64,000 nt of DNA from Phoronis australis. Its lineage: Eukaryota; Animalia; Phoronida. Positions 37,587-51,581 of the stretch are shown here, one piece after another. Within the stretch, counting starts at the first letter, position 1. The number at the start of each line of letters is the position of its first letter. Made by a program: the position numbers and the translations under genes. The notes below the pieces were generated by a model. The model did no database searches. It was not told the origin of the DNA and worked only from the letters and a program-made list of their open reading frames with translations. The DNA lies in NCBI GenBank assembly GCA_002633005.1, contig NMRA01000026.1:428434-492433 (forward strand), in the 5' to 3' direction.

Positions 37587-38312
37587 AATACATACACAAA
37601 ACGTACCAAGAGTGAGTAGGTGAAGTAACATCCCACGAATATCCATCTCGACCTTCAGTGTCGGTCGATACGCGGATTAAGGTCGGGGGGAGGGTATTAT
37701 TTTATGTACGCCACTCGAGGTACGTTTTGTATTTATCCCATACGCTTAACTTCGAACACTTAGTTTCTTTCATTTTCAGCAATTCTTTAAAATACTTCAC
37801 CCAGACTGCTCACCTGGCAGATCACAACCTGTGCTGTTTGTACTTGCGCGTTATGTTACAAATTCGCTCTAGTTAAAGTAAAACAGAATTAAATGTAGCT
37901 ATTCATCGCTTGAGAAGAGATAATAAAGATGAAAAAACGGTAATTGTGCATTGAACTTCATTAACTAACAACAATATTTAACGTAGTTACCGAGGAATCG
38001 GCGCCTGAGTTGCAGACGATATAATATTTAGCAAATAAAACCGAGAGACAAGTGTCATATAATTAACAGTTTTGTACCAAATGTTCTTTTTGGACCTGAT
38101 GGGACGTTGAACTGCTGGAATTTTATTACTTTAATAAACCAGTTTGGGAAAGTTTGATGACCTAGCCGGCTCACGATGTCGAGTCAACATTGACCTACCT
38201 TTTAAACTTTCCATGTCAGAGGGCACTGTTAAGTAGCCACGGGTGCAATACGGAAAACAGTACGACATGGACGTATGGCACTCAACTTACTCAACGGGTA
38301 TGGGATAAAGCG
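37587..38312 (+). mobile_element. Dispersed repeat copy 2 (hairpin head plus body bounded by tttatcccatac / gtatgggataaa)
   Basis: Hairpin head acaaaacgtacc...ggtacgttttgt (37596-37729). Inverted tttatcccatac (37732) / gtatgggataaa (38298). Homology with 29668-30530. Confidence 0.7.
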
Positions 38313-39206
38313 ATGAAATTGACTGTAATTTCGACTTGCACGAAACCGGCTGCGCGCTGGAGGCCGTTACAAGGCTACAATGCCCGCGACGTGAGCACAT
38401 TCGCGCGCACATAATCGTCTGTGGAACGGAAGTTTGAAATTGGGTTGGAAAAAAAGACTTTAAATTGTCCGTGCGTATTTCAAAACTGGTGATCTTGGTG
38501 GCTTTTTGTGCAATTCCGTCATAAATGGATGTGAAAATTTTTCCCGTAGACGTTATGAGGAGGACGTGCTTTTGTGAGGAATTTCAAATATACTCTCTGT
38601 GGCTTACTATTGGAAAATCACAATAGGGATACGAAATTGAGCTACCAATTCCACGATAAACAACACAATTTTTTGTCCTCCCTGCCACTTCATTGTAGTC
38701 ACGGTCCTCATTATATTCAGCCCTACGCGTACATTTCCGTTGGAATAAAAAAGCACCTAATAAACAACGCCGGTGGTCATTTCTGCGAGCGTTTGCCCTA
38801 AGCTGAATATTTACATGCCGGTGGCTGCTATTTATTCGGAAACAGAACTCCGCATGGAGTGGAGGAAATAAAGGTTATACGTCGTGGGATATTTGTCAAT
38901 TCAAGTGTACTGAACACGAGCATTAGTTGTGGAGCAGTAGTTGGAAATGTCTCCAAACATTAGATAAACAGAAAATATTGGTGGTGTAGGTATTTTCGTG
39001 CTTCAGGCTTTTGTAAATATAAGATGTGCCAAGAGGTAAATGTCCTCGCTTGCTGTTTTTTCTTCAAATCTGATGCCCTTATCTTCTGTTTATGTTATTT
39101 ATTTAACATGATTTAAATTTGTTTATTTCAACTGACTTCTTAGTCAATCTTAACAGAAATGGTAAGAACAATAACAATAATAATTACAATTATAACAATA
39201 AAATAA

Positions 39207-39210
39207 TGAC

Positions 39211-39284
<74 letters not shown>

Positions 39285-39300
39285 CGATGATGGTAATGGT
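39207..39300 (+). repeat. (GAT)n microsatellite
   Basis: About 24 perfect gat units, preceded by (AAT/AAC)n. Confidence 0.97.
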
Positions 39301-42300
39301 GATGGTGGTGGAGGTAGTGGGGATGACGACGACAGTTTAACAGCCCTTATTGTAAATTGTCTGAAAAAAGCTGCCCAAGAAACTTTACGACGGGTACCAT
39401 TACGCTCATGGACTTAACACTAACAAAGCCGGGTGCTATTTCTGTAATCAAGGTCTATGAAAGAGTTGCTTTTTCGTAGAAGTTACCTCGTGAGTTCCGT
39501 TTTCGAGTTCAGCTCTCTAAATGGCTGGGTGTGTGCGCCCCTGTGGCTGGTTGCCTGAAACGGTCCCAAATGGGGACTCAACTGAGGTCCCGGCCTATGT
39601 CTTTTTGCGTATTTGTGTCTTTATTGACTAACATGCAGATGCAATATTTTTCTATCATTTCATCTTTATTATGAACTCCTTTTTGATTAATGACATTATC
39701 TAATAACTTAAAAATGAGCCCAGAGTTCATTGAAAATATATAGGGAATCAGTCTTTAAATTGGGGGTGTTGCATGAAAAGATCCCTAACTATTTTCGACA
39801 ATATTGGCAATTCAACGTCGAGTTCACTCTCGATTTGTATCAAAGTCAAAACTTTTAACTTAACAATGAAACTACTCAAGAAAGGTCAATCGCTGTTCTC
39901 AAAAGTCCACAAGTACGCAGTAGATTTAGGGAACTTAGTTGAATCCCTATTTGGGACTGTCTCATTCAACTGTGCACTGAGGTTTTGAAAATGTCATCAA
40001 TGATCCCAAGGAGTAAGCAAAGAAGAGCTTTACAAACCTAAGGCAGGACAACATGTGTCTGGTACAATCGACAGTCTTGAGATGCATATCGAGCAACAGA
40101 TGTTTGATTCTGTCCCGGGGGTACTCCAGTAGAAGAGGTATAATGGACCTGTCTCTCCAGACTGATTTATTCACGACCCCTCCGAAAGGGTGCCTTCTCT
40201 GGTAAATTAGCTACGAAAGCAAGGTGCCTTTCTCGATTACATTCCCTGTAAATGACTTCACACGTGAGTTCGAAACTACTCGAAAGGATCCTTTCCTCCC
40301 CGTACTACACAAATGTTATCAATATATCCAATGGTTGCGAGAGATTTACTCATTTTGACAAAATAGCCTGTTTCAGGGAGCTTACAAATTAAGCTGCCCA
40401 AGAATCTCTGCGAAAAGGTTATCATTTTGGAAATTTACCGCCTCACGACAAGTGATGTTTCTGGAAAAAAACCTGGGAATGGGTGATTTCTACGGAAGCT
40501 CCCGGAAAATGGGTCTCTTTTTCTAGTCCATTCTCTAATATGGGTGGCTATCCTAATTTTCCTGCCGCACCTCCAAGTCAAAATACATATATTAAGATCG
40601 TGTAGTCACGTGTTCTTTAACATTGTATTCAAATACAGTAAGAGTTGGCGTTTTCTGATTGTAAGTTCAACTATTGCGTAATCTGTTGATTTCAGTATTA
40701 CCAGTACACGTGTAGTCACATTAGTATAACTTATCTACCTGAACAAAGTATGCCATGACTACTGCTGTAAAATTAATCGTCAACCTGGATTTACTACACT
40801 TCATTTATTCCTGCGAATGACAACTTCAAACAATAGTCTGCGCTTTTCTAATGACCTTTTCTTCGGCCCCAGGCTGTGCGTCGTAGTTATAATAAGGTGT
40901 TTTCATTATAAATTACCTGAACAACAAACATAAATGTATAGCATACCAACAAAGGTTTATCGGATTACCTAAGCCGTGCTTCACGAGTGATTTGCCGCAC
41001 GATCTCACTCCTGGTAACCGACCGGAGCTCGTCACTGAGGTTCTCGCAAGAAGCCCATGCAGTTGCTGAGGCAGTATTCCGACCCAATGAATAAGACACC
41101 AGCCGAGGTGGGCCTTGAGAGGTTACCGGAACGAACACTGAGGACAAGAAATCTATGTGTGTGTGTGTGATCATCGACACTGACGCTTCCTAAGTTACTT
41201 GGTGTTGTCCTTGGATCTTATGCTACCGGTGAGTCCTGTATTCAAACATGGCTCTTCGAGTCTCATATTAAAGTCATAGTTTGTAATTTTGAGCCATGTT
41301 TCACTGGTCCTGAGCCATCAGGTTTGAGAGCCGTGTTTAGCAATTGTGAACTATTTCTGAATAGCTCCTGATCATGCATGAAAAGATGGCTTAGCCAAAG
41401 GACTTTTTGTAATGAGGGTTTATTCTTTTTAAATTCTTGAGTCCACATGACGGAAATAGTCTCTTGCTCATTATAGACATACTAACAATTTTAAAGTTCT
41501 CGTTTCAAAAAGGTGTCATTTAAGTTGGTCTGAGGATTGCAATGCTATGAACCTTACGAAAATGGAAATTTAACTTCCAGAAGAGTCAAGCAACCCGAGA
41601 GTAGCAATGTCTTCGGCACTCCACCAAGAAATCTATTAGCACTTGCAGGCAAGTCTGATAAATGAAACCCACCTGGGGCAAGACTAGGTAAACGTCGGGT
41701 CAAAAATACATCAATAATTTTTTATTTTTATGGCTGATTATCTCACTTAAAAACGAGAAATGGTGACCAGCGATGTACGGAGTAGGATGTGAGCAATGTT
41801 TTGACCAGGTTTTTTTTTTCGTTTGGTATCATTTGACACCGATAGTCATTTTCTTGAGTTGGTCTGGGTTCAACAGGTGGTGCGTCACCCCCGCCACACG
41901 GTCACCATTTGGACGAGACTCCACTGGTTCATCAACTCTTCAATGGCGGCTGTTGGCATGCCGTAGGGCATACGCGAACATTGATATATCGACAATTTTG
42001 GGTATACCCCTCCTTTCGACACTATAGATCCGCCGATGGTCTCACCCCTCACATCGCGCTCGGTGATGAGATGACAAAATGTGACAAGCGCCTGCCTTGA
42101 TTCATTAAAACGTATATCTCCAATTATTTTATGCCAATAATTGTCTTCACTGAAACGATGCGTTGTCGTGGAAAAACAGGAGCTTGGTGTGGAAATCACT
42201 GCAGGCCGTGATTGACTTCTAAATGTTAAAATAAAACGAGTTGGCCAATTTTGCTCGTTAATGTCATTCTCACGTTTCCAAGCAAAAAGTACAATGGCCA

Positions 42301-44464
42301 ATTCACTTACAGAAGGAACTTGAGCAGGAGAACTATTACGGGAAAACACAATATTCTGGAAGCTCATTTGATTCGCCTATTGTCAGAAACGACGCGCGTT
42401 GATACGTAACAAATCCTATATGACTAATTTGAAGTAGATTAGCTGTAAGCAAATAATGGCTTGAAATCGTGACCAACTAGCTGTATCATGATCGTAACGC
42501 TATACTCCAAAATGTTCAACGCCAAATCTCAAGTTTCCACCGTTACGCAAACATGTCGCTCACTATCTGACTAATAAAAGTTTGAGAATATTTCTGATAT
42601 TTTGCACCTGTCTGTTCATAACACTTCTATCCCTAATTTCCGATTCGTATTAGAGGAGATAACCACTGGCGTAATAGCGTGAAACCAATCCAGGCTTAAC
42701 GATAACAGTGCTACTTCATGGGAGTTCAAGTTACATTTCATTACTAAATAATTCTGGCACATTGGTCACGTTTGCTTCCTTCACGTTTGTTTCCTCTCTC
42801 TCTCAATACACGTACTCGCACAAGCCATTGCGTATTACAACTTTGCGTAGCGTTCTGTAACCCAAGTTTCGTAACAGAGGAAGGCCCGATCACACAAGAT
42901 AACGTTCAATCACGCGAGTGTTTCACAAGTATGCTCAAAACCTTATAAAAGTATAATAACGGCCACTGAAGTGACGATTAGGTTGGAATGCTGAATTGTG
43001 GGTTAGAATTCATTATAAATTATGGGATAGAATTCAATATTTACCCCAATCCATTTCACATGTGACGTAACTCCCTGTCGATAAAAAGGTCAATGGGGGC
43101 ACAACGTGCAAATTACGTGTTACCTAGTAACCACTATCACATGAAATCTCGCACATTCTAACACGCTTTTTGGACTGATTTTCCAAGGTTTATTGTATTC
43201 ACGAAAATTTGGAATCTTTTGTAAAACGTGTCCAACAACCTAAGCTGAATTTGCGATCTCCATACACAATCAAAATTCCTGTTTTTTACACTAAAAATTA
43301 AACATCAAACTCAAAAATTAGTTCCTTCAATGAAAATGCAAACAATCATCCTACGGTAATTCTTCGCTTATTTCGCACAAAAATAATTCCCAAATTTGTC
43401 GTTTTTTAAAAGTTGACTACTTTGCTGAATATGGCAGAAACCAATGTTATTTTATAACATCTGCACGCTGCAAATTAAGCTAACAACGGACAAAAAATCC
43501 CTAATGTCCCTGTTGAAAAATTTGACACGATAAAATTCACTTCTCAACCAAACTGTGAACTACCACGAGTGCCATCTCGTGTGCGATTGGATAAACCAAC
43601 AAACTAATTGTCGTGTTCATAACGTTGGACTAGTCTGGAGTTAATTATCGTGTTATTTTCCACAGTAATGTGCCACCATTTTTCAATACAATGTTCTCTT
43701 AAGTTATTGCCCTCTGTATAAAAGCTCCCATGAGTGTAATGACTCTTATGAGTTAATGTCAGCCATTACGTACAGCCAAGTGAAAACAGGCGTACATAAA
43801 TCGATGCTGTTAAAACACATCGTTTCGTTGCTTACACAAGCACGATTTAACCGTCAAATCCTGTTCAACAGACAACGATTGTAATGTATTGAATATACGG
43901 AATATGAAAAGGGTCAAGCATGAAAAGGGTAATCACTAATCCTCTCTAACATTTGAAAGCATTTCAATACAGGGATCGACAACAGTCGCTTGTGGAGAAA
44001 ATTGCACTATCTAAAATTCTACTCAGTTGTTCGTTATGTTTTTAATATACGAAATACAAAAATAATAAGATTTGAAACTAGTTAAAATTATCAGTACAAG
44101 GTACATGTAATACGTTTCTTAATTTATCTTACGTAGAAAATATATCTGAAACTAAATAAGGCGATCCAGATCCTCCCAAGGATACTATTGTTTCATGAAA
44201 TGTAGAATATAAATCGGTAAATAAAACAACAAGAATGGATCAACTGAAATTTGAAATTTTCGGATGTAATAACTTCCTTTGTCAACAAAAACAGAAATAA
44301 TTAATCTTAGTATGTGTTTTTTATTTAACGTTGTCTTGTTTATTATATAATATTTATTTTTCTGTTTTATTTGAATATATTTGTTCCTAGTCCCATTGGG
44401 AGACCAATGTTTTATATTGAAGTGATTACCCAGAATAAAATTCTTAAATAATAATGGTGATAAT

Positions 44465-44514
44465 TATGACGATGAACATGACGACGACGACGGCGATGAC
44501 GATGAGGAGGTCGT

Positions 44515-44607
<93 letters not shown>
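44465..44607 (+). repeat. (GAT)n microsatellite with a GAC-variant flank
   Basis: About 30 gat units at 44516-44606. Confidence 0.97.
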
Positions 44608-44608
<1 letters not shown>

Positions 44609-46537
44609 ACGGACTGAAGAACAGTGAAAAAGAGCAACATCAGAAAAAATATGCCTCGGGTGAAACGTCATTAACTGGGGGTCTTACTCGGCTTGCAACA
44701 AGTATCTCCATCGTTTATTCGGCCACCAGTTACGGTAGACCGTTTTAGCTCGTTGTGGGAACATTCGTGAGACCTCCTTTGTTGTGAAATAGCCGTTTCT
44801 TTACTATGTCAAGCACGACTATAATTGCAAAAGACCCTTTGTAGCTAATGCAGTTATTTTTTTACTTTGTTGAAACATTAATAACAGCCTCTTATCGTTT
44901 GTTTATGCATACTCAGTTACATCTATTCAAGACAATGAGGCTACAGAAATGCCCTGGTAATTTCCTTTACTAACCGTGTGCCTTACTAAGGTAAACCTAC
45001 ACTATATGTTTTGTGCCGTTGCGATGTTAACTCTTTTTATCACAATAATGTATTTATTAATTCTTTTTACCGTAATGTAATGCAACGATTGACAGTTGAG
45101 TGTAAAAAACTGTCATTTATCGTTACTCGTTCCCTCCACCTATGGAAAACTAAACCAAACGCGTAAAAATCGAAACTTTCTCTCAATTTGCTACTCAAGT
45201 GAATCCGTTTGTTACGTAAGCCAACACTAGCAATGTGTGTTATACGCGAAGGGTTCGCCTGTAGGCACAAATAAATCGAATCATCAATAGACAAGTATCC
45301 TTGCATCACGTTTTTGTCCATAAAGGAATCGCTCAGTCATATCTTCGTAAACACTTCGGTCCTAGCAACGAGATAACGAACGAATGGCCCCGACGAATGG
45401 TAAGCCGTAACTTTTGAGTGAAAATGTATTGGGAACCAGAAACCCCCAATAACAAGTTTATACTTTCATATCATTGAACTTGGACCTTTTGGTGTTTGTT
45501 GATCCTATTACTTGTGCAATTTACTTGGCCACTTGTTAAAAATCGTCCGTTGACAGTCATGTTATTTTTTTCTTACGGCCAAGGTCACAACTTTTTGGCC
45601 AGGTGATTTACGATTAGCATAGGCTATTTAGGACAGATAAAATGTGGTGTGCCCTATATTATCAATCAAAAAGAAAATAGGTAAGCATCCACGCTACAAC
45701 GCCATCGTCTTTTTGCCTTAGACGATGCATTACCTATGACTTGGGGTGTAATCCGTGGACCTGAGAAATTGGAGAAATGCAAGTCTTCGAATTACAAGCG
45801 AATAGATGCACGCGATCACATTAGGTTTCCTCGACATTGTCTTGAATCTGCCCTGACGGAACGCAGCCTTGCGTTCTGTAGACTAGAGAGACTCACGAAG
45901 CAATTGCTGCGAGAAATCATCTGATGGAATTTTTGACGTTGGTTGGAATACGCTGAAGTTCGTTTGGCCATAATTCGTCGTCAGCTCCTTCCTCCTGCGA
46001 AGTTATTCGTCAAAAATTTTGAGCATAGGAAGAGTTATGCAATTCATTTGCGTTGTTCCTTGAATTTGTTGACGGCGTCATTTTAATGAAGCGTCATCTG
46101 CTCACTTCGACATCCCTCAGCTCACTGCATAAACGATATCAATTAGCGATCAAAATACAGGGACGCTCACTAAAAGCCCGCAACTCGGGATCATTCAAAA
46201 TCTATTTCTCCATTACACATTTCAAGCTTCTGCTAAAAAACAACGTCTTTCCAAGTAATAGTAGTGGTAGTAGAAGTTCAAAGTTTGACGATAGCATGCA
46301 CCACAGCCGTCGATAATGTTATTTACACTTCTGACGTGAAGAGATCGATTTTTCCTTATCAAACTTAAAAACATTGAAAACAGTTATCCACATACGCCTT
46401 CTTTGTTTTTCAACCGCCGAGAAACCACTTCCATACTAAAGTGACGAGTCACGTTTAGGTGGTTCACCTGTTTGTCATTTACGCAATGTTTGTGAAGAGC
46501 CTCTTGACGTATTGACTTGTCCACTTCATGCTGCGAC

Positions 46538-46653
46538 GACACGGTTACTAAGGTGTCACGCTATCTTTCAGATACATAGCAAAGATTCAGATCGTCACAA
46601 ACAGCCGGGTCCCATCTCCACCGTCAGTGACAATCTAGCAACACGACGCAGAG
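46538..46653 (+). promoter_or_regulatory. Candidate promoter / non-coding first exon with RFX X-box-like motifs
   Basis: ggttactaaggtg (~46543) and ctagcaac (~46635), followed by donor GAG|gtacgt at 46653/46654. Could splice to the tttcag acceptor at 48390. Confidence 0.3.
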
Positions 46654-47837
46654 GTACGTAAGCACATTTAAAGTCACAGTAAACTAGTCTAACTTTTCAT
46701 TAATACCACATACGGTTATAAATTTGATCTTAATTTGTTATACCAATAAGACAGGTGATTTCTGGGCTTGCATGCCTGTTATGAAGAGGGTAAAATTGAG
46801 GTTTTCTCAAGGAATCGCCCATACATGGGCAGTTCAGGTCCACCTCAGAAGTCTAAGCAAAGCAATTTCGTTTCTAAATTACTAAAAAAGTAAGTTTACC
46901 TTCTACTTTTTGCTCCTTGTTTCCAAGAAATTTATGAATTAAACGGAGCTCAGACATGTACCAGTATATTTGGTCAACACCAAGCTCCTGATATATATAC
47001 CATAGAGACTTTTGTCCTGCGGTGAGAGAACATTGTTTTAAGAAAGAGCACTAGCACCGTTTGCATGTGCATTTGTTTGGGGAGCATTCACAATATATAA
47101 TGTCGACCCGTATTTGCATAAATTGTAATCAATTATGCAAATTTATGTTGTAATGACCTACAAACTGGTTTCACTAAATGCATTGACCAAGTAAACATGA
47201 GTGTAAATATGAAGATGATCTACATAAAGGGGCTAAGTAAGGCAGTTATAAAGCGGAGCAGAATTTTGGATAATGGTAGCCATTATTTGCATAAATTATG
47301 CAAATTCAGAGATTAAACCAGTTCCATTGAATTCAATGACCCTGAAAATATAGGTCAAAATCAAAAGAATGCCTGGTAAGGAAGTTATAAGCAAAAATGC
47401 TCAAGGTTATCAAGATTACAACACAGTTAAAAAAACTTCAGGAGGGCCACCTCAACATGAAACAATCAAAAAACCTTAAGAATTTCTAGGAACCCATGGT
47501 TGGCTATTAGACTGTGAGAAGAGATTCTCTTTATACTTTACCAAGTTCTACAACCATTGAGACTACGTGGTAACCCAAAAAAGAACCTAAGAAAATAAAA
47601 TCGCATATTAATGAATTTATTTTTGGCACACTTAAACTTCAGTCTGTGGAAAATTTTTTATAGTTTTAACCATGCAAATCAGTTTGCATTGGCATTTTTG
47701 TACTTTGCAAAAGAACTAAAATTTCTTATCTTATGCAAAAGGTTGAGAGTTCATTTTATGGATCACACTGTGCATCGGCTGATGTAAACTTCATTTTATT
47801 TCGGTTTGAAAATGGGAGTTTTACTTTCTTGTACTTT

Positions 47838-48084
47838 CATGCGCGCATCCAAAGGTGGCTTGAACGATCCCCTCATTTGGCGAAGTGGGGAAAAAAGGTC
47901 CCCTTCAGAGTAACAAAAAGTCCGGGAAAATGAGACAAAAGTGCACTAAACAAGCACAAACGCGCAATTCACAGTGGTTCCCCCGTTTTTTTTTTTTTTT
48001 TTAGTCCGCCCGCTTTTTTGTTACCAAAAGGTTCACAACGACAGGAATTCGAGCCCCCCATATTGAAGGCTAAGTGAGCGCATG
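47838..48084 (+). mobile_element. MITE, same family as 22025-22278, with a perfect 5-bp TSD
   Basis: catgcgcgcatcc...gtgagcgcatg, with acttt on both sides. Shared internal catttggcgaagtggg and ttaccaaaagg..caggaattcgagccccc. Confidence 0.8.
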
Positions 48085-48491
48085 ACTTTGTTGTAGTATA
48101 TGATTGATGGCGAACAATAAGGTATTGGGAATGGCGTTGAATCACCTGATTCCTTCTTTGCACCAAAGTGGACGCTCGTCGTGCAACTGACGATTGTCAG
48201 AAAAATCACAGGCTGAAAGGTCGTGCAATACCCATGTAATACAAGAGTGATTCAAATAGACAAGCAGACAACTTTTAAAAGTACACCATGCGGAAAGATC
48301 ATAGCTGACAATAGAAAAAAGGTACTCAAAATTCAAACTTTTTGCTACCGCTCCTTGTTAGCAACTGGCTTGTACTTTCGCTCGTTTCAGAGACCGAAGC
48401 TTTGCGTGAAACGTGGAAAAAACGGGCACGATCTACGTGTGGTGCATCGTGCCCAATGGGTCCCAATCAGAACCATCCAGGAGTGATAGCA

Positions 48492-48760
48492 ATGCCTTAC
48501 TTGCTAAACAAGTCACGGACGTTGATTGCCAATGGCAACTTACCCCACGTGAAAGAAGAGAGGCGAAAGAGAGAACTGAGCTCGGCAAAATACTACACTG
48601 CCCTCACGCGGAGAAAGAGTGGACATAAGAGTGTAGAACCTCGTGTGAGAGCTTTAACAGACTCGCATCTCCCGCTGCCACAACTGTTTGCTAGTGGCGA
48701 ACAAGCTAAAATAGTGCGCAGAAAACATAGTGTTCAAGAATGGGAAAGCGAAATAAAAAA
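48492..48760 (+). CDS. Uncharacterised basic protein, first coding exon (start codon uncertain: 48456 or 48492)
   Basis: Open frame MPYLLNKSRTL...EWESEIK ending at a consensus donor AA|gtaagt (48760/48761), phase 2. Confidence 0.6.
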
Positions 48761-49089
48761 GTAAGTATTTCAATAAATTAAGCTACATTTTCTGAATCAA
48801 CAGAATATAAACATGTGTGTTAACAAACGCTGCATGAATACTTGTGAATTGAACGAAATGAAAAACGATGGATTTCCAAAGACTCTTCAAGCAAGGGCTG
48901 TGAACTGAATTTATCAAAAGATGGTGTGTATAAATCACAGCTGAATCCCAGTATTATTTTCGACAAGGTTTTGTACAGCAACTGAAGACTGTCGAGAAAT
49001 GCAACTCATCAGTCTCCAAGACCTAGGAAACCCGCGGCCTCACATTCCGGCGCGCTTGAGCGCCAGTCAAATAACAAATACCTCCTTTA

Positions 49090-49290
49090 GAGGAGACAAT
49101 GTGGCTCATTAGTTTGAGCTCGGGACTCCCGTTTGGCAGACCCGGGTTCGAATCGTACTCTTACTGGGATACAATCGAGCATTGTACAAAGGTTTCTCCT
49201 ACTCCTCGGAACTCGGTCTTACAAGTGGGTGTATACAATGCATGCAAGGGAATTAATGAGAATACTCGACTCCGAGTAAGAAGTGTAAAG
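49090..49290 (+). mobile_element. tRNA-derived SINE relic in the intron
   Basis: A-box-like tggctcattagt and B-box GGTTCGAATC at tRNA spacing; no intact cloverleaf. Confidence 0.5.
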
Positions 49291-49382
49291 AAGAGAAGGG
49301 GAGATTTTTTTCGCAATTCTTATTTCACAGAAGGTTTTAATGACAGTAAATCTAATTATTAACGTGTGCACTGTTTTTTCAG

Positions 49383-49632
49383 GAACGTTCCACCTAGGCC
49401 AAAATTTGCGTATGAACCCAAATGGCCCCCACCAAAGACGCCGGATGAAGAGGAATTGTTTGTTAAAACACAGTTTCCACACTTTGCAAAAGCGGATCGG
49501 TTCGCAATTCCAAAGCGAGAATTCACCGTAAACCCAGAGTGGATCTCAGAAAAGGTTCAGCGACCGTTTGGACTCCGATACAAAACTACAGTTTTGAGAT
49601 ACGGCTGGGTCAATAGAAGCATAGTTCTTTGA
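49383..49632 (+). CDS. Uncharacterised protein, last coding exon
   Basis: Acceptor tgttttttcag|G completes an AAG codon with the previous exon. Encodes NVPPRPKFAYEPKWPPPKTP...FTVNPEWISE...LRYGWVNRSIVL*. Confidence 0.65.
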
Positions 49633-51581
49633 CGCGTAAGAATATGACACGAACAGTGAATGGGCCGCCGCCAGTAAGAAAACTCCGTGGCACAGCGTGA
49701 TACCGTATATGCGACCATTCAGGCAAATGCGCTTGTGTGGGATTGTTTTTTCAAATATTATTTTTGCCCAGGCGTTTTGCATATGAACGCAAGCGCTTAA
49801 ACTTCATTTGCAGGAACACGCGGATGTGCTTACGCGTAGGTGTGCATGTCTAAATTGTTTGTATGTCTTTCGTGTTTTATGCCCTTTTATCTACTTTTCA
49901 ATTTATGAACAATGCTAAACTGGAAAGATTTCAGCATCTGCTGTTTTTACGGTTAGACCAAGATAACCTTCATTCTGTGCTCCTTCATTTTACCCAAGTT
50001 TTGCCAACAGGAAAATATGGCGCATACAGACGCAGCTCCACGTACACGCGCACGGACCTATAAACGCCCATATTACGGTAACTAACTCCGCGTGAATGAG
50101 TGCAACTACGACACGCAGACTATGGCGCCATCTTTTGCCGAAAGTAAACCTGAATGTGAATGTTGCGCCATCTATTTAGTGAACCTAGTCCAAGCTCTCC
50201 ATCGCGATGCCGACATCGCTGTTCTCGACAGAACCGAAGAGAACATGAAAGATTTGTTTGAGGGATCAATAAACGCAATTGCTCAGTGGCTGGGCGATTG
50301 TCCAGTGTCAAATGTAAATCTATGAATTCACGTGTAAATGTTGCTTAGCGTGTTTACACCTTATTTATTGTACTGAATATAACACCTGTATTTAATGTCG
50401 CTAAAGCAACCAAATCACCTTTGCAATATCGGTTTGGCAATAGTCCCTTACAGGGTAGCGCATTTTAAGAACTAGTTTGATGCTTGTTTTTCAGTGGATG
50501 AAACTGGTTTCCAAAATGCGAGGACGCCGTAAGTGCCTATTACTCTTATTTTTTAATTCAGTCCAAGTTCTTATCATGGATAACGGCTATGTGCTCTCTA
50601 GATTTTACCATGCCGTACATTTATCTAATGGTTCTACTGTTCTTTTTTGTCATCGTCGGTTGGAAACTGGTTGCACTACCCTAATTTTCTCAAACTGTGT
50701 TCAATTGTGCAAATACAATGAGAAAAACTTGGAGACTCAGTGTTTTAAACTGGAATGGTCCTCTCGACAACTTTGAAGTCGAGCCCATCATTTTCATGAA
50801 TATAATAGAGACCCACAACCATGCGAATATATAACTCTCATCGCTGTCCTCCCCAATGCCACGTACCAACACCAAAAGGTCAGCCTTAAAAATGTCTACC
50901 TTCCATACAGGTAGGTTCTCGTCAAGCAAAGCAGTATAATCCGCAGAGCACGCTTCTTACCTGACTGGTTCCCTCTTGAAACGCTAGATGGCGTGACTGC
51001 TAACTGTTTCGGTGGTCTCGAATTATTCAGCCTCCGTTAGGATTAGAGTCTCAGGTGCACGAATTTCACACATGGTTGGTCAATCAAGGATGGGATCAAC
51101 CGGAGTATTCAAATCGGCTGACCAAAAGCTTGCTTTTAAACATTAAAGCTACATCTGCACTGTTTCCATGGGTCAAAAATGGAAATCGAATTCTGACATT
51201 TTACCGTCTCATCAAATCGGTCTCATTCCTTACGTGATAGGGTTCAATTTTGGTCACCAACTCAAATCATAAGCAATTCGTACATGCACCATTTTCGAGT
51301 TCGCAATTTATGGGTTGGTCATCTCCTATAAATTCTTAATCGTTTTGAGTTGGTCAGGATTTTCCATGCTCTTGTTGGCAATGGAAACAGAACCCTATCA
51401 CGGTAGCGGTAAGGAATGTTATGAGACCGGTTTTACGAGTAAAAGGCCTAATTCGATTTTCAATTTTGGCCACCTAAACAGGGCTGAATGCAGCTTTAAC
51501 CGTTGCACCTCTAGTCATAACCCGGATCACTATGCCAGTCGAGCAGAATGCTAGTCTGGATCCTCAGTTTTCCTGTAAAGT

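Noticed and set aside
39119-39340. ORF with a poly-Met run
   Set aside because: Translation of a (GAT)n microsatellite; no splice or coding context.
41650-41720. ctgataaatgaaaccc...gtaaacgtcgggtc, resembling a Penelope pLTR hammerhead
   Set aside because: Both core boxes are broken and no convincing upstream RT or GIY-YIG frame was found.
41885-42367. 160-aa ORF on the minus strand
   Set aside because: No recognisable domain, and it runs across a MITE-like end (~42000-42040); likely a chance ORF.
44444-44671. ORF with a poly-Ile run resembling a transmembrane protein
   Set aside because: Reverse strand of a (GAT)n microsatellite.
23000-46000. Many 60-120-aa ORFs in the long intergenic or intronic stretch
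   Set aside because: No domain signatures or consistent splice-compatible chains; the region is dominated by decayed repeats. Small real exons could have been missed.
49090-49160. Possible tRNA gene
   Set aside because: A and B boxes are present but there is no acceptor stem or cloverleaf; better explained as a SINE head.
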